Source of the DNA: Promethearchaeota archaeon
GTDB lineage: Archaea > Asgardarchaeota > Lokiarchaeia > Sigyniarchaeales > SOKP01
DNA: 56,310 nucleotides
Direction: 5' to 3'
NCBI GenBank assembly: GCA_048940445.1
Contig: JBHLON010000023.1
Coordinates: 1 to 56,310, forward strand
The notes under the pieces are model-generated. The model ran no database searches. It worked only from the letters and a program-made list of their open reading frames with translations, and had not been told where the DNA came from. The translations under genes were made by a program, and so were the position numbers. Positions 30,511-42,774 of this stretch are shown here, one piece after another (the first letter of the stretch is position 1; each line of letters begins with the position of its first letter).

Positions 30511-31551
30511 ATGGTTAAAAATTACACGTTAATCCCCTATCGGGAAGTGTATCATGGCAACTTTGACGAAGAATGGCCACCACATAAGAAAGCTTCTGGA
30601 TGGTGGTACATTACCGGATATTTGTCTGACAAACAAAACCCCGATCATCTTTATTCATACCAATACACAGTTGCACAAGGACGGGTACTTGGGAAAAAGG
30701 CATATATTTTACATATGGCTCTCTCAGATTTAAAAAATGATACACATCTATTTAAACAGGAAGTTAGATTGCGAAGAGGGAAGAAAATTCATGCAAATCA
30801 AGATAAAGTTGTATATGGACCGTATACAATTTTATCTAAAGAACAAAAACAGTTTAACCTCGAAATTACTACAAATGATTTCGACTTAAACCTGAAACTG
30901 CAAAAAGGAAAGGGAGCGATCTGGCATTGTGATAATGGCGTTCTTGTTATGGGTCTTCCCAATGATCCGAAACAACGTACTGTTTATTACTCATATACAA
31001 ACTTGCCGACTGAAGGATGTCTAATCATTCGGGATAAGTCAGGGCAAACTCGCAAGTTAGAAGTTGTTGGTAAATCATGGTTAGATCGCCAATATGGGCC
31101 ATTTCGCCTCCTTAATAGAGCGTCTCATTGGGAATGGTTTTCATTCCGTTTTTTCGATGAAGAAGAAATCATGTTATTTTATTTCCCACAGCATCCGTAC
31201 ATGGATGGAACATACATCGATAAGCAAGCACAGACTAGGAGATTGCAGAACTTCGATATCAAGCCTAAAGATTTCGTTACTAGGGGAAATTTTAATTATA
31301 CATTCTCATTTGGTTGGGATGTTATAATACCGGGGATTAAGGAAGAAAGATATGAGCTTAAACCTCTATCAAGGGGGCAATTTAATATTGCTTATTTTGA
31401 ATTATTGGCAGAAATAATAAACTCGAAAAATGAATGTGTTGGATATTGTTTCGTTGAATTAATTTGTGGCGCAAGGAATGAGCTACGATTATCTCAACAG
31501 ATTGTTAACTTGATGAAGAAAAAAAATGATTCTTTATTGTACAGGTGTTAA
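30511..31551 (+). CDS. CrtC/AttH-like lipocalin-fold protein (carotenoid hydratase-like)
   Basis: GWWYITG, YYSYTNL, SWLDRQYG, WEWF, YFE, FVEL. ATG at 30511 is preferred to 30370, which overlaps the divergent regulator. Confidence 0.78.
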   Translation: MVKNYTLIPYREVYHGNFDEEWPPHKKASGWWYITGYLSDKQNPDHLYSYQYTVAQGRVLGKKAYILHMALSDLKNDTHLFKQEVRLRRGKKIHANQDKVVYGPYTILSKEQKQFNLEITTNDFDLNLKLQKGKGAIWHCDNGVLVMGLPNDPKQRTVYYSYTNLPTEGCLIIRDKSGQTRKLEVVGKSWLDRQYGPFRLLNRASHWEWFSFRFFDEEEIMLFYFPQHPYMDGTYIDKQAQTRRLQNFDIKPKDFVTRGNFNYTFSFGWDVIIPGIKEERYELKPLSRGQFNIAYFELLAEIINSKNECVGYCFVELICGARNELRLSQQIVNLMKKKNDSLLYRC

Positions 31552-32522
31552 CTACATTGAAAGTTTTATTAACCGGAGCATTTGGCAATGTCGGTCAAAA
31601 CACTTTAAAGCAACTGATTTTGCGTGACCATGATGTAATCTGTTTTGATTTACCAAATTCCTCTAATAAAAAAATTTATGCTAAATTGTCAAAAAAACTA
31701 CAATTTAAGATCATCTGGGGAGACATACTTAGTAAAGATGATTTGAATAAAGCTATTAAGGGAGCGGAGTGTATAATTCATCTTGCAGCTATTATCCCGC
31801 CTTTAAGTGAGAAAAATCCAGAATTAGCTTATAGAGTTAATGTTGAAGGAACTCGAAATCTAATTGAGGCTGCAAAAGGATTACCGATTAAGCCAAGGTT
31901 TATGATGGCAAGTTCTGCGAGTGTTTATGGAATTACAATGCATTTAGAGCCTCCCGTGAAAGTAGATAGTCCCTTAAATCCTTCTGATAATTATTCACGA
32001 GCAAAAGTGGAATGTGAAAAAATGCTAAGGGAAAGTGGACTTCCATGGATAATCTTGAGACTTGCAGCTGTTTCTGTCGAAAAAATTCCACGTAACTTTG
32101 ACACTCTTTTATTTGAAATGCCACTTGATCAACGAATTGAATTTGTTTCTTCCAAAGATTGTGGAATTGCGTTTGCAAATGCAGCAATGATTGATGAGGT
32201 TAATAAGATTTTTCTCATTGGAGGTGGCAAGGATTGTCAACTTTTAGAAAGAGATTTTTTAAAAGGATTTTTTGATGCTTTTGGATTAAAAATACTTCCA
32301 GAAAAAGCGTTTAAAGTGGCAAAAAAAAAGGAAGATTACCTTTATATTGATTGGATGGAGACTAAGGAATCCCAAGAAATTCTTCAATTCCAAATGGAGA
32401 CATTTCAGCAATATGTTAATAGAGTGAAGCATGACTACCGAATGAGAAGATTAGGTATTAAAATCATTTCCCCTATTGCGAAATTAGCCTTACTTAGAAT
32501 GTCTCCTTATTTTAAATCCTAA
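31545..32522 (+). CDS. Extended SDR / NAD-dependent epimerase-dehydratase (3-beta-HSD-like)
   Basis: TGAFGNVG, HLAA, SSASVYG, YSRAK. Confidence 0.9.
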   Translation: MLTTLKVLLTGAFGNVGQNTLKQLILRDHDVICFDLPNSSNKKIYAKLSKKLQFKIIWGDILSKDDLNKAIKGAECIIHLAAIIPPLSEKNPELAYRVNVEGTRNLIEAAKGLPIKPRFMMASSASVYGITMHLEPPVKVDSPLNPSDNYSRAKVECEKMLRESGLPWIILRLAAVSVEKIPRNFDTLLFEMPLDQRIEFVSSKDCGIAFANAAMIDEVNKIFLIGGGKDCQLLERDFLKGFFDAFGLKILPEKAFKVAKKKEDYLYIDWMETKESQEILQFQMETFQQYVNRVKHDYRMRRLGIKIISPIAKLALLRMSPYFKS

Positions 32523-32604
32523 TCATTCTCTTTTTTTTTATGATCTAATAAGTTATTTCAGTTGCTAATTCTGGTTACTAAATATAAGCTTTCTTGCTAA
32601 AAAT

Positions 32605-33126
32605 TTAATCTTCCTCCAATTCAACCCTGTATCGACAGCATTTATCACCTTTGGTGAGTAATTTCGTGAACCCTTCGGTTTTAAACTTCGGGTTTAGCGC
32701 TTTGACAAAGCTTCTAAGAGATTCGCCAATTAATACTTCGCAAAGATCAGGTGCCTTCGACCATGGTTCCGTAACCGGACAAGTAAAGAGTTCTTTTTCA
32801 AAAGCTTTAGGTGTGTTTTCAACATACCCATCCCAGAAATTCGCATATCTATCATCTATGAAATCAACCATCTTGGGAATCTTCATGCAATCCTTGAAAT
32901 CCTCTGGTTTGCAACCTACTATTTTCATTATTGTTGCCGCATCTCTCTTACCCCTTTCTCGATTTTCTTCCTTAAGTCTTTCGACGAATTTTTCGCCTCC
33001 GACTTCCTTACCTACTGTATAAAGCAACACTGCCATCCGAGCCAAGGCTTTTGTCCAATTCTTATAACGTTTTCCCATTTCTTCCTCGCTAATCGGATAC
33101 TTTTCATAATCAGGTATTTCTTTCAT
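32605..33126 (-). CDS. ATC-hydrolase-like / V4R-related ligand-binding protein
   Basis: TCP...W, LC, NP.F, L.KGD.CC.Y pattern. Confidence 0.7.
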   Translation of the reverse strand: MKEIPDYEKYPISEEEMGKRYKNWTKALARMAVLLYTVGKEVGGEKFVERLKEENRERGKRDAATIMKIVGCKPEDFKDCMKIPKMVDFIDDRYANFWDGYVENTPKAFEKELFTCPVTEPWSKAPDLCEVLIGESLRSFVKALNPKFKTEGFTKLLTKGDKCCRYRVELEED

Positions 33127-33329
33127 AATATTTCCTCCTAATAAAAATAATTATCAGTAAAATAATACTCTAAATTTTGCTAATATATTGCAGTTTAAAT
33201 TACTTTTTATTTAAAGGACGATTTTAATATTTTTTTCTACGAAAAATTTTACTGATAGTACTTTTTGGGCAAGGTGTATAAAGATAATCACAATTAACTC
33301 GTTTGAAGTAATGACTATTGATTATCTAA

Positions 33330-33701
33330 TTATTCTTTCATACCAAAAGCTTCCTCAAGGTTTTTTCCTCTAAAATACGGATCATCTCGAGAGATTAATC
33401 CTTGCCTAATGGCAAACATGCATTTTTCATAGAGCATCTTGTTTAAGTCTCTCCCAATTTCTGTTAAAGAATATTCTATTTTTACCGGACTTTTACTAAC
33501 AATCTCTTTTCTAATGAAACCATAGTGCTCTAACCTTTTTAGTTGATCTGAGAGCACTCTGTTGCTTAAACCATTATGTACTTCTAAAAAATCGCTAAAT
33601 CTCTTACATCCAAGGAACATGGATTTAATGATGCTTATAGCCCATTTTCTTGATAGTTCATTATATCCATCCATCGTAAATTTAAATTGTGTGGTAATCA
33701 T
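33330..33701 (-). CDS. HxlR-family winged-helix regulator
   Basis: KW, RFS, GLSNRVLSDQLKRLE, PVKIEYSLTEIG. Confidence 0.88.
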   Translation of the reverse strand: MITTQFKFTMDGYNELSRKWAISIIKSMFLGCKRFSDFLEVHNGLSNRVLSDQLKRLEHYGFIRKEIVSKSPVKIEYSLTEIGRDLNKMLYEKCMFAIRQGLISRDDPYFRGKNLEEAFGMKE

Positions 33702-33710
33702 CTAATCACC

Positions 33711-33730
33711 TTGTAACTTGTAGCTTACAA
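33711..33730. promoter_or_regulatory. Inverted repeat TTGTAA-N8-TTACAA, candidate HxlR operator
   Basis: Lies between the divergent hxlR and cupin operon, 10 nt upstream of the hxlR start. Confidence 0.5.
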
Positions 33731-33836
33731 TTTCTTTTTAAGTAATTTTAATTTATTAAATTTTGTATTAAAACAAAGTAATAAATTAATACTTAATAAT
33801 CTATTGTTATAAAAATAAACAACAAAAAGGTTGAAA

Positions 33837-34237
33837 ATGGAAAAATTAAATGATTTGAACAAAAGTGTGATATTCCCCAAGGGAGAGAAAGCAACAAGTG
33901 AATATTTTACAGGAGATGTATGGGTTCAGATGCTGGTGACAGAGGAGTTATTTAATTGTCAAGTCTACAATGTAACTTTTGAACCAGGAGCAAGAACTAA
34001 ATGGCATTCACATCCAGGGGGACAAATTCTTCTTGTAACAGGAGGTAAAGGATATTATCAAGAAGATGGAAAACCAGCACAATCGCTTCAAGAAGGAGAT
34101 GTTGTGAAAATACCTCCTAATGTGAAACATTGGCATGGGGCATCAAAAGATAGTTGGTTTGTTCATATTGGTATAACTGCAAATCCTAATCTAGGAAATG
34201 CAGAATGGCTAGGACCTGTAACAGAGGAGGAATATAA

Positions 34238-34241
<4 letters not shown>
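33837..34241 (+). CDS. Cupin domain protein
   Basis: VTFEPGART.WHSHPGGQIL, HWHGA; ATG 33837 or TTG 33831. Confidence 0.9.
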
Positions 34242-36311
<2,070 letters not shown>

Positions 36312-36348
36312 AAAATCAAATAAAAACAAAAGGGGTAGATGTGAAAGG

Positions 36349-36876
36349 ATGATATCAGGAGAAAAAAAATGTTTGATTGCTTATTTTTCTAGAAAAGGCA
36401 ATAATTATGTAAATGGAAGAATTGTTAATTTAGCCATTGGCAATACTGAAGTTATAGCGAAGATGATATATGATATCATTAGAGGAGATATTTTTCGCAT
36501 CGATACGAAAAAACCTTACCCTAAAGATTATATGGAAACAACAGAAGTGGCAAAATATGAACTAAAGAACAATGCAAGACCAGAACTTACGGATCATGTT
36601 CCAGATATGGATTTATATAAAGTCATATTTTTAGGTTACCCTAATTGGTGGGGAACTCTACCAATGGCAGTACTTACTTTTTTAGAATCTTATGACTTCT
36701 CGGGAAAAACAATTATCCCTTTTTGTACGCATGAAGGAAGTGGACTTGGAAGTAGCGTAAGAAATATCGAAAAAATTTGTCCAAAAGCAGAAGTGATAAA
36801 TGCAATTGCTTTTCATGGAGGAAATGTAAAAAATGCAAGACAGGGAGTAGAAAAATGGATAAATCAGATCAATTAA
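36349..36876 (+). CDS. Flavodoxin (Flavodoxin_4-like)
   Basis: YFSR..GNT, GYPNWWG, PFCTHEGSG. Confidence 0.9.
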   Translation: MISGEKKCLIAYFSRKGNNYVNGRIVNLAIGNTEVIAKMIYDIIRGDIFRIDTKKPYPKDYMETTEVAKYELKNNARPELTDHVPDMDLYKVIFLGYPNWWGTLPMAVLTFLESYDFSGKTIIPFCTHEGSGLGSSVRNIEKICPKAEVINAIAFHGGNVKNARQGVEKWINQIN

Positions 36877-36970
36877 ATGAGAGTGTGATATTTCATAAAT
36901 GTGTAAAAATAACAAATGATTAAAAAAAATGCTAGTTTTGCATTTTTTCGCTCGAATTTAATAGTGGGTT

Positions 36971-37040
36971 ATCATTCCCTCCATAGAATTGATAATCTTA
37001 ATAATTAGTACCAAATTACTTATGATGAACAATTAAAGAT
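36971..37040 (+). repeat. 70-bp non-coding element, copy 2 (promoter region of the arcE-like gene)
   Basis: 54/70 ungapped identities with 26691-26760; ends 22 nt before the ATG at 37063. Confidence 0.75.
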
Positions 37041-37062
37041 TATCATTTGAAGGTTTCTTTGT

Positions 37063-38403
37063 ATGAGAAAAAAAGTTATTATCATTGGCGCACTAGGTAT
37101 GGACTTCTGGACATTTTTGCGAGTCTTTAAAGATAATGATGAATATGAGGTTGTTGCGTTTACTATCGCTGGTGAACAAAATGTCGGAACCACAGACGAA
37201 GCCGAAAGAAGATTTCCGGCAGAGTTGGCAGGTATCTTATATCCTAATGGAATCCCAATGGTTTCTGAAGAAGATTTAGAAGAATTAATTAAAAAGCATA
37301 ATGTCGATGAAGTGGTTTTTGCATATTCAGATGTTTCACATGAAGAAGTAATGCATAAAGCTTCGAGAGTCCTGGCAGCTGGTGCAAATTATCGATTAAT
37401 TTCAGGTCGTTTTACACAAATTAAAGCTAATAAACCTCTAATAGCCGTATGTGCGGTGAGAACAGGATGCGGAAAAAGTCAAGTATCAAGAGCAGTTTAT
37501 CGTTATCTTAAAGGAAAAGATTATAAAGTTGTAGCGATAAGAGAACCAATGCCTTATGGGGATTTAATTCAACAAAATGTAATGAGATTTGAAAAGTATG
37601 AGGACTTAGATAGGTATGATTGCACAATTGAAGAACGTGAAGAGTATGAGCCATATATTAAACAAGGCTTAGTTATTTATTCAGGTGTTGATTACGAAAA
37701 AATTATCCGTGAAGCGGAAAAAGAAGCAGATGTAATAATATTTGACGGAGGAAATAATGAGATTTCATTCTATATAACAGACTTATTATTTGTTGTTGTA
37801 GATCCTTTAAGACCGGGTCATGAAAATAAATATCATCCAGGAGAAGTTAATGCAAAGTACGCTGATGTATTTGTTATCAATAAAATGAATAGTGCTCGAC
37901 CAGAAGATGTAAAAATTGTAGAAAAAAATCTTGAGGAATTAAATCCAAGAGCAATAAGAGTATATACTAATTCAGTTGTTAAAGCAGAGGATCCCTTAAA
38001 GTTGAAAGGGAAAAAAGTTGTGGTCGTGGAGGATGGACCTACCCTAACGCATGGAGGGATGTCGATTGGTGCTGCTTATGTTGCAGCTAAGAATGCGAAT
38101 GCTAAAATTGTGGATCCTAGACCTTATTTAGTAGGTTCTATAAAGGAAGTATTTGAAGAATTTCCTCAAATTACTGAAATTGTACCTGCTATGGGTTATA
38201 CTGACCAACAAATTGATGATTTAGAAAAAACTCTTAATAACGTGAAATGTGATATCATATTAAATGGAAGTCCAATAGATTTAACAAAACTAATAAAGAC
38301 AAATAAGCCTATAGTAAAAGTAACATATGATATCGAACCAGTTAAAGAGCCTACCATAGAAAATGTGTTAGACAATTTTACTGAAAAGTATTTAAAGAAG
38401 TGA
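37063..38403 (+). CDS. Arginine synthetase (ArcE)-like / cDPG-synthetase-like P-loop protein, divergent
   Basis: FAYSDVSH, AVRTGCGKSQ P-loop, PMPYGDL, CTIEEREEYEP, DGGNN, EDGPTLTHGGM, PAMGY; OTC in the same cluster. Confidence 0.78.
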   Translation: MRKKVIIIGALGMDFWTFLRVFKDNDEYEVVAFTIAGEQNVGTTDEAERRFPAELAGILYPNGIPMVSEEDLEELIKKHNVDEVVFAYSDVSHEEVMHKASRVLAAGANYRLISGRFTQIKANKPLIAVCAVRTGCGKSQVSRAVYRYLKGKDYKVVAIREPMPYGDLIQQNVMRFEKYEDLDRYDCTIEEREEYEPYIKQGLVIYSGVDYEKIIREAEKEADVIIFDGGNNEISFYITDLLFVVVDPLRPGHENKYHPGEVNAKYADVFVINKMNSARPEDVKIVEKNLEELNPRAIRVYTNSVVKAEDPLKLKGKKVVVVEDGPTLTHGGMSIGAAYVAAKNANAKIVDPRPYLVGSIKEVFEEFPQITEIVPAMGYTDQQIDDLEKTLNNVKCDIILNGSPIDLTKLIKTNKPIVKVTYDIEPVKEPTIENVLDNFTEKYLKK

Positions 38404-38470
38404 TCTTTTCGCATAAGGATTGAAACCCTTTTACTTTATGATTAATTATTTTTAATATAAGTGATTTTAG

Positions 38471-40651
38471 ATGATTCTAAAAAGTATGCAATACCAATTT
38501 GACAAGGTTCAAAAAGGATATGCTAATCAAACATTATACATTGATTTAACCAAAAAAGAGATTCAAGTTAAACCTGTAACTAACGAAATGAAAGAAATTT
38601 TTGTTGGGGGCAAGGGATTTGACTTATACTTAATGTGGAATGGTTTACCCAAAGATAAGATTGTGAAATGGGATGATCCCGAAAATGAAATTTGTATTTG
38701 TTCAGGACCCTTGGGAGGGAGTATATTTTACCCGGGTTCAGGAAAATCAATTGTTACTTCAATATCTCCATTAACTGGGACTATTATTGATTCTAATGTA
38801 GGTGGCTATTTTGGTCCTTATCTTAAGTTTTCTGGTTTTGATGCCATTGAAATTCAGGGAAAATCTGAAAAGGAAGTGATTATCTTCATTGATGGAATAA
38901 ATCATATAGTTCATATTGAGTCTGTTGAGGAAGAAAATAATTTATCAGAATTTTCTCACGAATTGACCCAACAACTTACTAGGAAGTATGCAGATGACCC
39001 AAATGAAAAACAACGCGTTTCAGTTGTGAGTACTGGACCTGCAGCGCACCATACAAAATGGGGTATGCTGAATTTTTCTTGGTATGTTAAAGGAAGAGAA
39101 TGGGCATCATATAAACAAGCTGGAAGGGGTGGTATAGGTACTGTTTTTGCAGATAAAAAAATTAAAGCATTAGTGTGCCTATCTCCTAAAGCAACAGTTG
39201 GTTCTAATAATCCAGCAGATTTAGAAGCTGCGAGGAAAACTGGAATAAAGCATACTCAAGAAGTAATTAAACTTGATCCAAAACAAAATGAAATGCGAAG
39301 AGTAGGAACAGGTCATTTACCTGATATCATGAATGCTGCTGATCTTTTACCTACTGAAAATTTTAGGTATGGTGCTCATAAGGAGATATCTGGAAAAAAT
39401 ATACCTTTTGCACGAGATGTATGGAGAAAAGTTTATTCTGGGAAAGAAGGTGCTGATGGTTGCTGGATTGGGTGTACTGTAAGCTGTTCACATTATTCTG
39501 AAGGTTATGAAGTAATGACAGGTCCTTTTAAAGGGCAAAAAGTAATCGTTGATGGCCCTGAATATGAAACTATTGCAGGAGTGGGCTCCAATTGGGGTGT
39601 CTGGAACCCTAAATGGATATTAGAAACGTGTTTTTATTGTGATACATACGGATTAGACACGATTAGCCTGGGAACGGGTATTGCATTCGTAATGGAATGC
39701 TATGAAGCAGGTATTTTAAACAAAGAAATAACTGGTGGACTTGAGCTTAAATTTGGAAATGCCGAAAACGCTGTTGAATTAATTCATCAAATGGCTAACG
39801 AAGAAGGCTTTGGAATAGTTGTAGGACAAGGAATAAAAGAAATGAAAAAATTATTTGTAGAACAGTACGGGGCAAATCCGCAATTTGTCCAAGATATCGG
39901 AATGGAACATAAAGGATTGGAATTTTCTGAATATGTTACTAAAGAATCACTTTCCCAACAAGGAGGGTATGGACTTACAAATAAAGGTCCTCAGCATGAT
40001 GAGGCATGGTTAATTTTTGAAGATGTTATTAGACAATCAATCCCTACATTTGAGGATAAAGCAAAAGCATTATGGTGGTTTCCACTATGGCGCACTTGGT
40101 TTGGATTGTGTGGACTTTGTAAGTTACCTTGGAATGATATTCAACCAGAAAGCCAAGCAGATTATCCTATTAAGGATTCTAAAACAGGAGAGCTAATCAG
40201 AGCGAAAGTCCCTGATCATGTAAAATGGTATGCACAATTTTTCTCTGCGGTTACAGGACGTAAATCTACCCCGGATGACCTAATTAGAATGTCCGAAAGA
40301 GTATATAATTTTCAGCGAATATTTAATATTAGACAAGGGAAAGGACTTCGAGAACATGACTCTAATTTACCATATAGAGCTATGGGTCCAGTAACCCCAC
40401 TCGAATATGAAAGTCGTGTGGATCGATATGATACACAATTAAAAGATATCGGAATTAAGATTAACAACAAATCAACTGAAGAAAAGATTAAGCTTCTACG
40501 TAAGTATAGAGAAGAGCAATATCGAAAATTGCAGATTGCAGTTTATAAGGAAAGAGGTTGGAATGAAAATGGTTGTCCAACTCTCAAGAAGGTAAGAGAA
40601 TTAAGTATTGATTATGATGATGTTTTAAAGTATATTAAGCCTTATCAATAA
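38471..40651 (+). CDS. Tungsten-dependent aldehyde:ferredoxin oxidoreductase family
   Basis: SPLTG, DSNVGG, AGRGGIG, CWIGCTVSC, GPEYET, GLDTIS, GLCKL, YKERGW. Confidence 0.92.
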   Translation: MILKSMQYQFDKVQKGYANQTLYIDLTKKEIQVKPVTNEMKEIFVGGKGFDLYLMWNGLPKDKIVKWDDPENEICICSGPLGGSIFYPGSGKSIVTSISPLTGTIIDSNVGGYFGPYLKFSGFDAIEIQGKSEKEVIIFIDGINHIVHIESVEEENNLSEFSHELTQQLTRKYADDPNEKQRVSVVSTGPAAHHTKWGMLNFSWYVKGREWASYKQAGRGGIGTVFADKKIKALVCLSPKATVGSNNPADLEAARKTGIKHTQEVIKLDPKQNEMRRVGTGHLPDIMNAADLLPTENFRYGAHKEISGKNIPFARDVWRKVYSGKEGADGCWIGCTVSCSHYSEGYEVMTGPFKGQKVIVDGPEYETIAGVGSNWGVWNPKWILETCFYCDTYGLDTISLGTGIAFVMECYEAGILNKEITGGLELKFGNAENAVELIHQMANEEGFGIVVGQGIKEMKKLFVEQYGANPQFVQDIGMEHKGLEFSEYVTKESLSQQGGYGLTNKGPQHDEAWLIFEDVIRQSIPTFEDKAKALWWFPLWRTWFGLCGLCKLPWNDIQPESQADYPIKDSKTGELIRAKVPDHVKWYAQFFSAVTGRKSTPDDLIRMSERVYNFQRIFNIRQGKGLREHDSNLPYRAMGPVTPLEYESRVDRYDTQLKDIGIKINNKSTEEKIKLLRKYREEQYRKLQIAVYKERGWNENGCPTLKKVRELSIDYDDVLKYIKPYQ

Positions 40652-40687
40652 ACTTATTTAATAACAATATTCAATTTATGAGTACTA

Positions 40688-42769
40688 ATGGATAATATAA
40701 CTACACATCCTATTTTGGAAATTCCTGAACGAAAGAAGATTTCTTTTAAATTTGATGGAGAGAGTTTAACAGGATTCGAGGGTATGGTTATATCTTCCGC
40801 TCTCTTTTTAAATAAAATTAAGGTTTTTGGACATCATGTAAAAGATGAAAGCCCGCAAGGAATATTTTGCAGTAATGGTCAGTGTTCCCAGTGTAACGTG
40901 ATAGTCAACAAAATACCTGTTAAAGCATGTATGACTCCTCTAAAAAAGGATATGATTATAGAAAGTTGTAATGGGTTACCAGAATTACCCACTGATGATG
41001 AACCAGTAAGCGTGGGAAATGCGGAAATAATGGAGACAGAGGTATTAGTCATTGGTGCTGGGCCAGCTGGATTATCTGCTACAAAGTTTTTGGGAGAACA
41101 TAATATTAATGTAATCTTAGTGGATGATAAGCTTCAATTGGGAGGTAAATTAGTTCTTCAAACGCATAAATTTTTCGGATCGCAAGAAGATGTATATGCC
41201 GGTAAACGTGGCATTGAGATCGCCAAAATTCTTGGTAGTATTGTAATGTCCTTATCATCGGTAAAAATTTGGCTTAATTCAATATGTCTCGCAGTTTTTA
41301 GTGATGGATTTGTAGGAATCTTGAAAAATAATGAGGAATATGTACTAGTTCGACCTAAATACTTACTAATAGCTACTGGAGCGAGAGAGAAGATGCTGAT
41401 TTTTCCAGGGAATACCCTCCCAGGAGTATATGGAGCAGGTGCTTTTCAAACGTTAGTAAATCGAGATCTAGTTAAAGCTGCAAATAAAGTATTTGTTATA
41501 GGAGGTGGAAATGTAGGATTAATTGCTGGCTATCATGCTATTCAAGCAGGAATAGAAGTTGTAGGATTAATTGAGGCACTATCCTACTGTGGCGGATATA
41601 AGGTTCACGAAGATAAGCTTAGGCGTTTGGGTGTACCGATTTATACTAATCATACTGTTTTATCTGCTAATGGAGAAAAAAAAGTCGAATCTATTACAAT
41701 TAGTCAAATAGATCAAGACTTTAAAATTGTTTCTGGAACTGAAAAAACATTCGAATGTGATACTATTTTAATAGCAGTCGGTTTAAATCCTGTTGATGAA
41801 TTTTATCATAAAGCTAAAGACTTTGGATTTAAGGTGTGGGTAGCTGGAGATGCTCAAGAAATAGCAGAAGCATCCGCAGCTATTTTTACTGGAAAGATTG
41901 AAGCCTTAAAGATCTTAAAAGAACTTGGATTAAATATCTCAGAAAATATTAATGAACTTCAAGCGACTGCTGATATCATGAAAAAAAAGCCACCTCTACC
42001 TATTCAAAAGGATATTGAGTTTAAAAAAGAAGGGGTTTATCCTGTCTTTTATTGTAATCAAGAAATACCGTGTAATCCTTGTACATCTGTATGTGATCAA
42101 AATCAAATTGAAACAATTGACAACTTAATTACACAATTACCATATTTTAAAGGTGATAAGGAGTGTCTTGGTTGTGGTAAATGTGTTGCTGTGTGCCCGG
42201 GGTTAGCGGTTATTCTATTAGATTATAGAAAAGATAAAGATTATCCTTTGGTAACTTTTCCAATCGAGCTTACAGAAAAGAAGTTACAAAAAGGAGATAA
42301 AGTAATTGCTGTAAGTAATAATGGTGAATTAGGAGAATTCGAAGTTCATCGTTCAAGAATATTAGCTGAATTTCCTAAGACTCAACTTATAACACTTAGA
42401 CTTCCTTCAAATATAGCACAACGCGCTGTGGCAATTAAGTTATTAAAAAGCACCTATAATGAACCTATTGAATCATATCATCGTCCCTATACGGATGATG
42501 AGACAATAGTATGTAGATGTGAGCGTGTTTCTGTTGGAGAGATAAGGAAATGGATTAGATTAGGAATTCGTGATTTTAATGAATTAAAAGCTCTTACAAA
42601 AGCGGGGATGGGGGCATGTGGGGCAAAAACATGCACTCCTTTAATTGAGCAAATTTTTCGTGAAGAAGGAGTGCCTCTTGATAAAATTACTCCTGGAACA
42701 AAACGTCCTCTTTTTTTAGAGGTTCCCATGGGGATTTTTGCTAATGTAAAAGATAATAAAAAGGGGTAA
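40688..42769 (+). CDS. Fused 2Fe-2S / FAD-NAD oxidoreductase / 4Fe-4S ferredoxin / BFD-like protein (proline dehydrogenase / sarcosine oxidase alpha-like)
   Basis: FCSNGQCSQC, GAGPAG, ATGARE, CNPCTSVC, CLGCGKCVAVCPG, CRCE, GMGACGAKTC, RP. Confidence 0.85.
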   Translation: MDNITTHPILEIPERKKISFKFDGESLTGFEGMVISSALFLNKIKVFGHHVKDESPQGIFCSNGQCSQCNVIVNKIPVKACMTPLKKDMIIESCNGLPELPTDDEPVSVGNAEIMETEVLVIGAGPAGLSATKFLGEHNINVILVDDKLQLGGKLVLQTHKFFGSQEDVYAGKRGIEIAKILGSIVMSLSSVKIWLNSICLAVFSDGFVGILKNNEEYVLVRPKYLLIATGAREKMLIFPGNTLPGVYGAGAFQTLVNRDLVKAANKVFVIGGGNVGLIAGYHAIQAGIEVVGLIEALSYCGGYKVHEDKLRRLGVPIYTNHTVLSANGEKKVESITISQIDQDFKIVSGTEKTFECDTILIAVGLNPVDEFYHKAKDFGFKVWVAGDAQEIAEASAAIFTGKIEALKILKELGLNISENINELQATADIMKKKPPLPIQKDIEFKKEGVYPVFYCNQEIPCNPCTSVCDQNQIETIDNLITQLPYFKGDKECLGCGKCVAVCPGLAVILLDYRKDKDYPLVTFPIELTEKKLQKGDKVIAVSNNGELGEFEVHRSRILAEFPKTQLITLRLPSNIAQRAVAIKLLKSTYNEPIESYHRPYTDDETIVCRCERVSVGEIRKWIRLGIRDFNELKALTKAGMGACGAKTCTPLIEQIFREEGVPLDKITPGTKRPLFLEVPMGIFANVKDNKKG

Positions 42770-42774
42770 TTATT

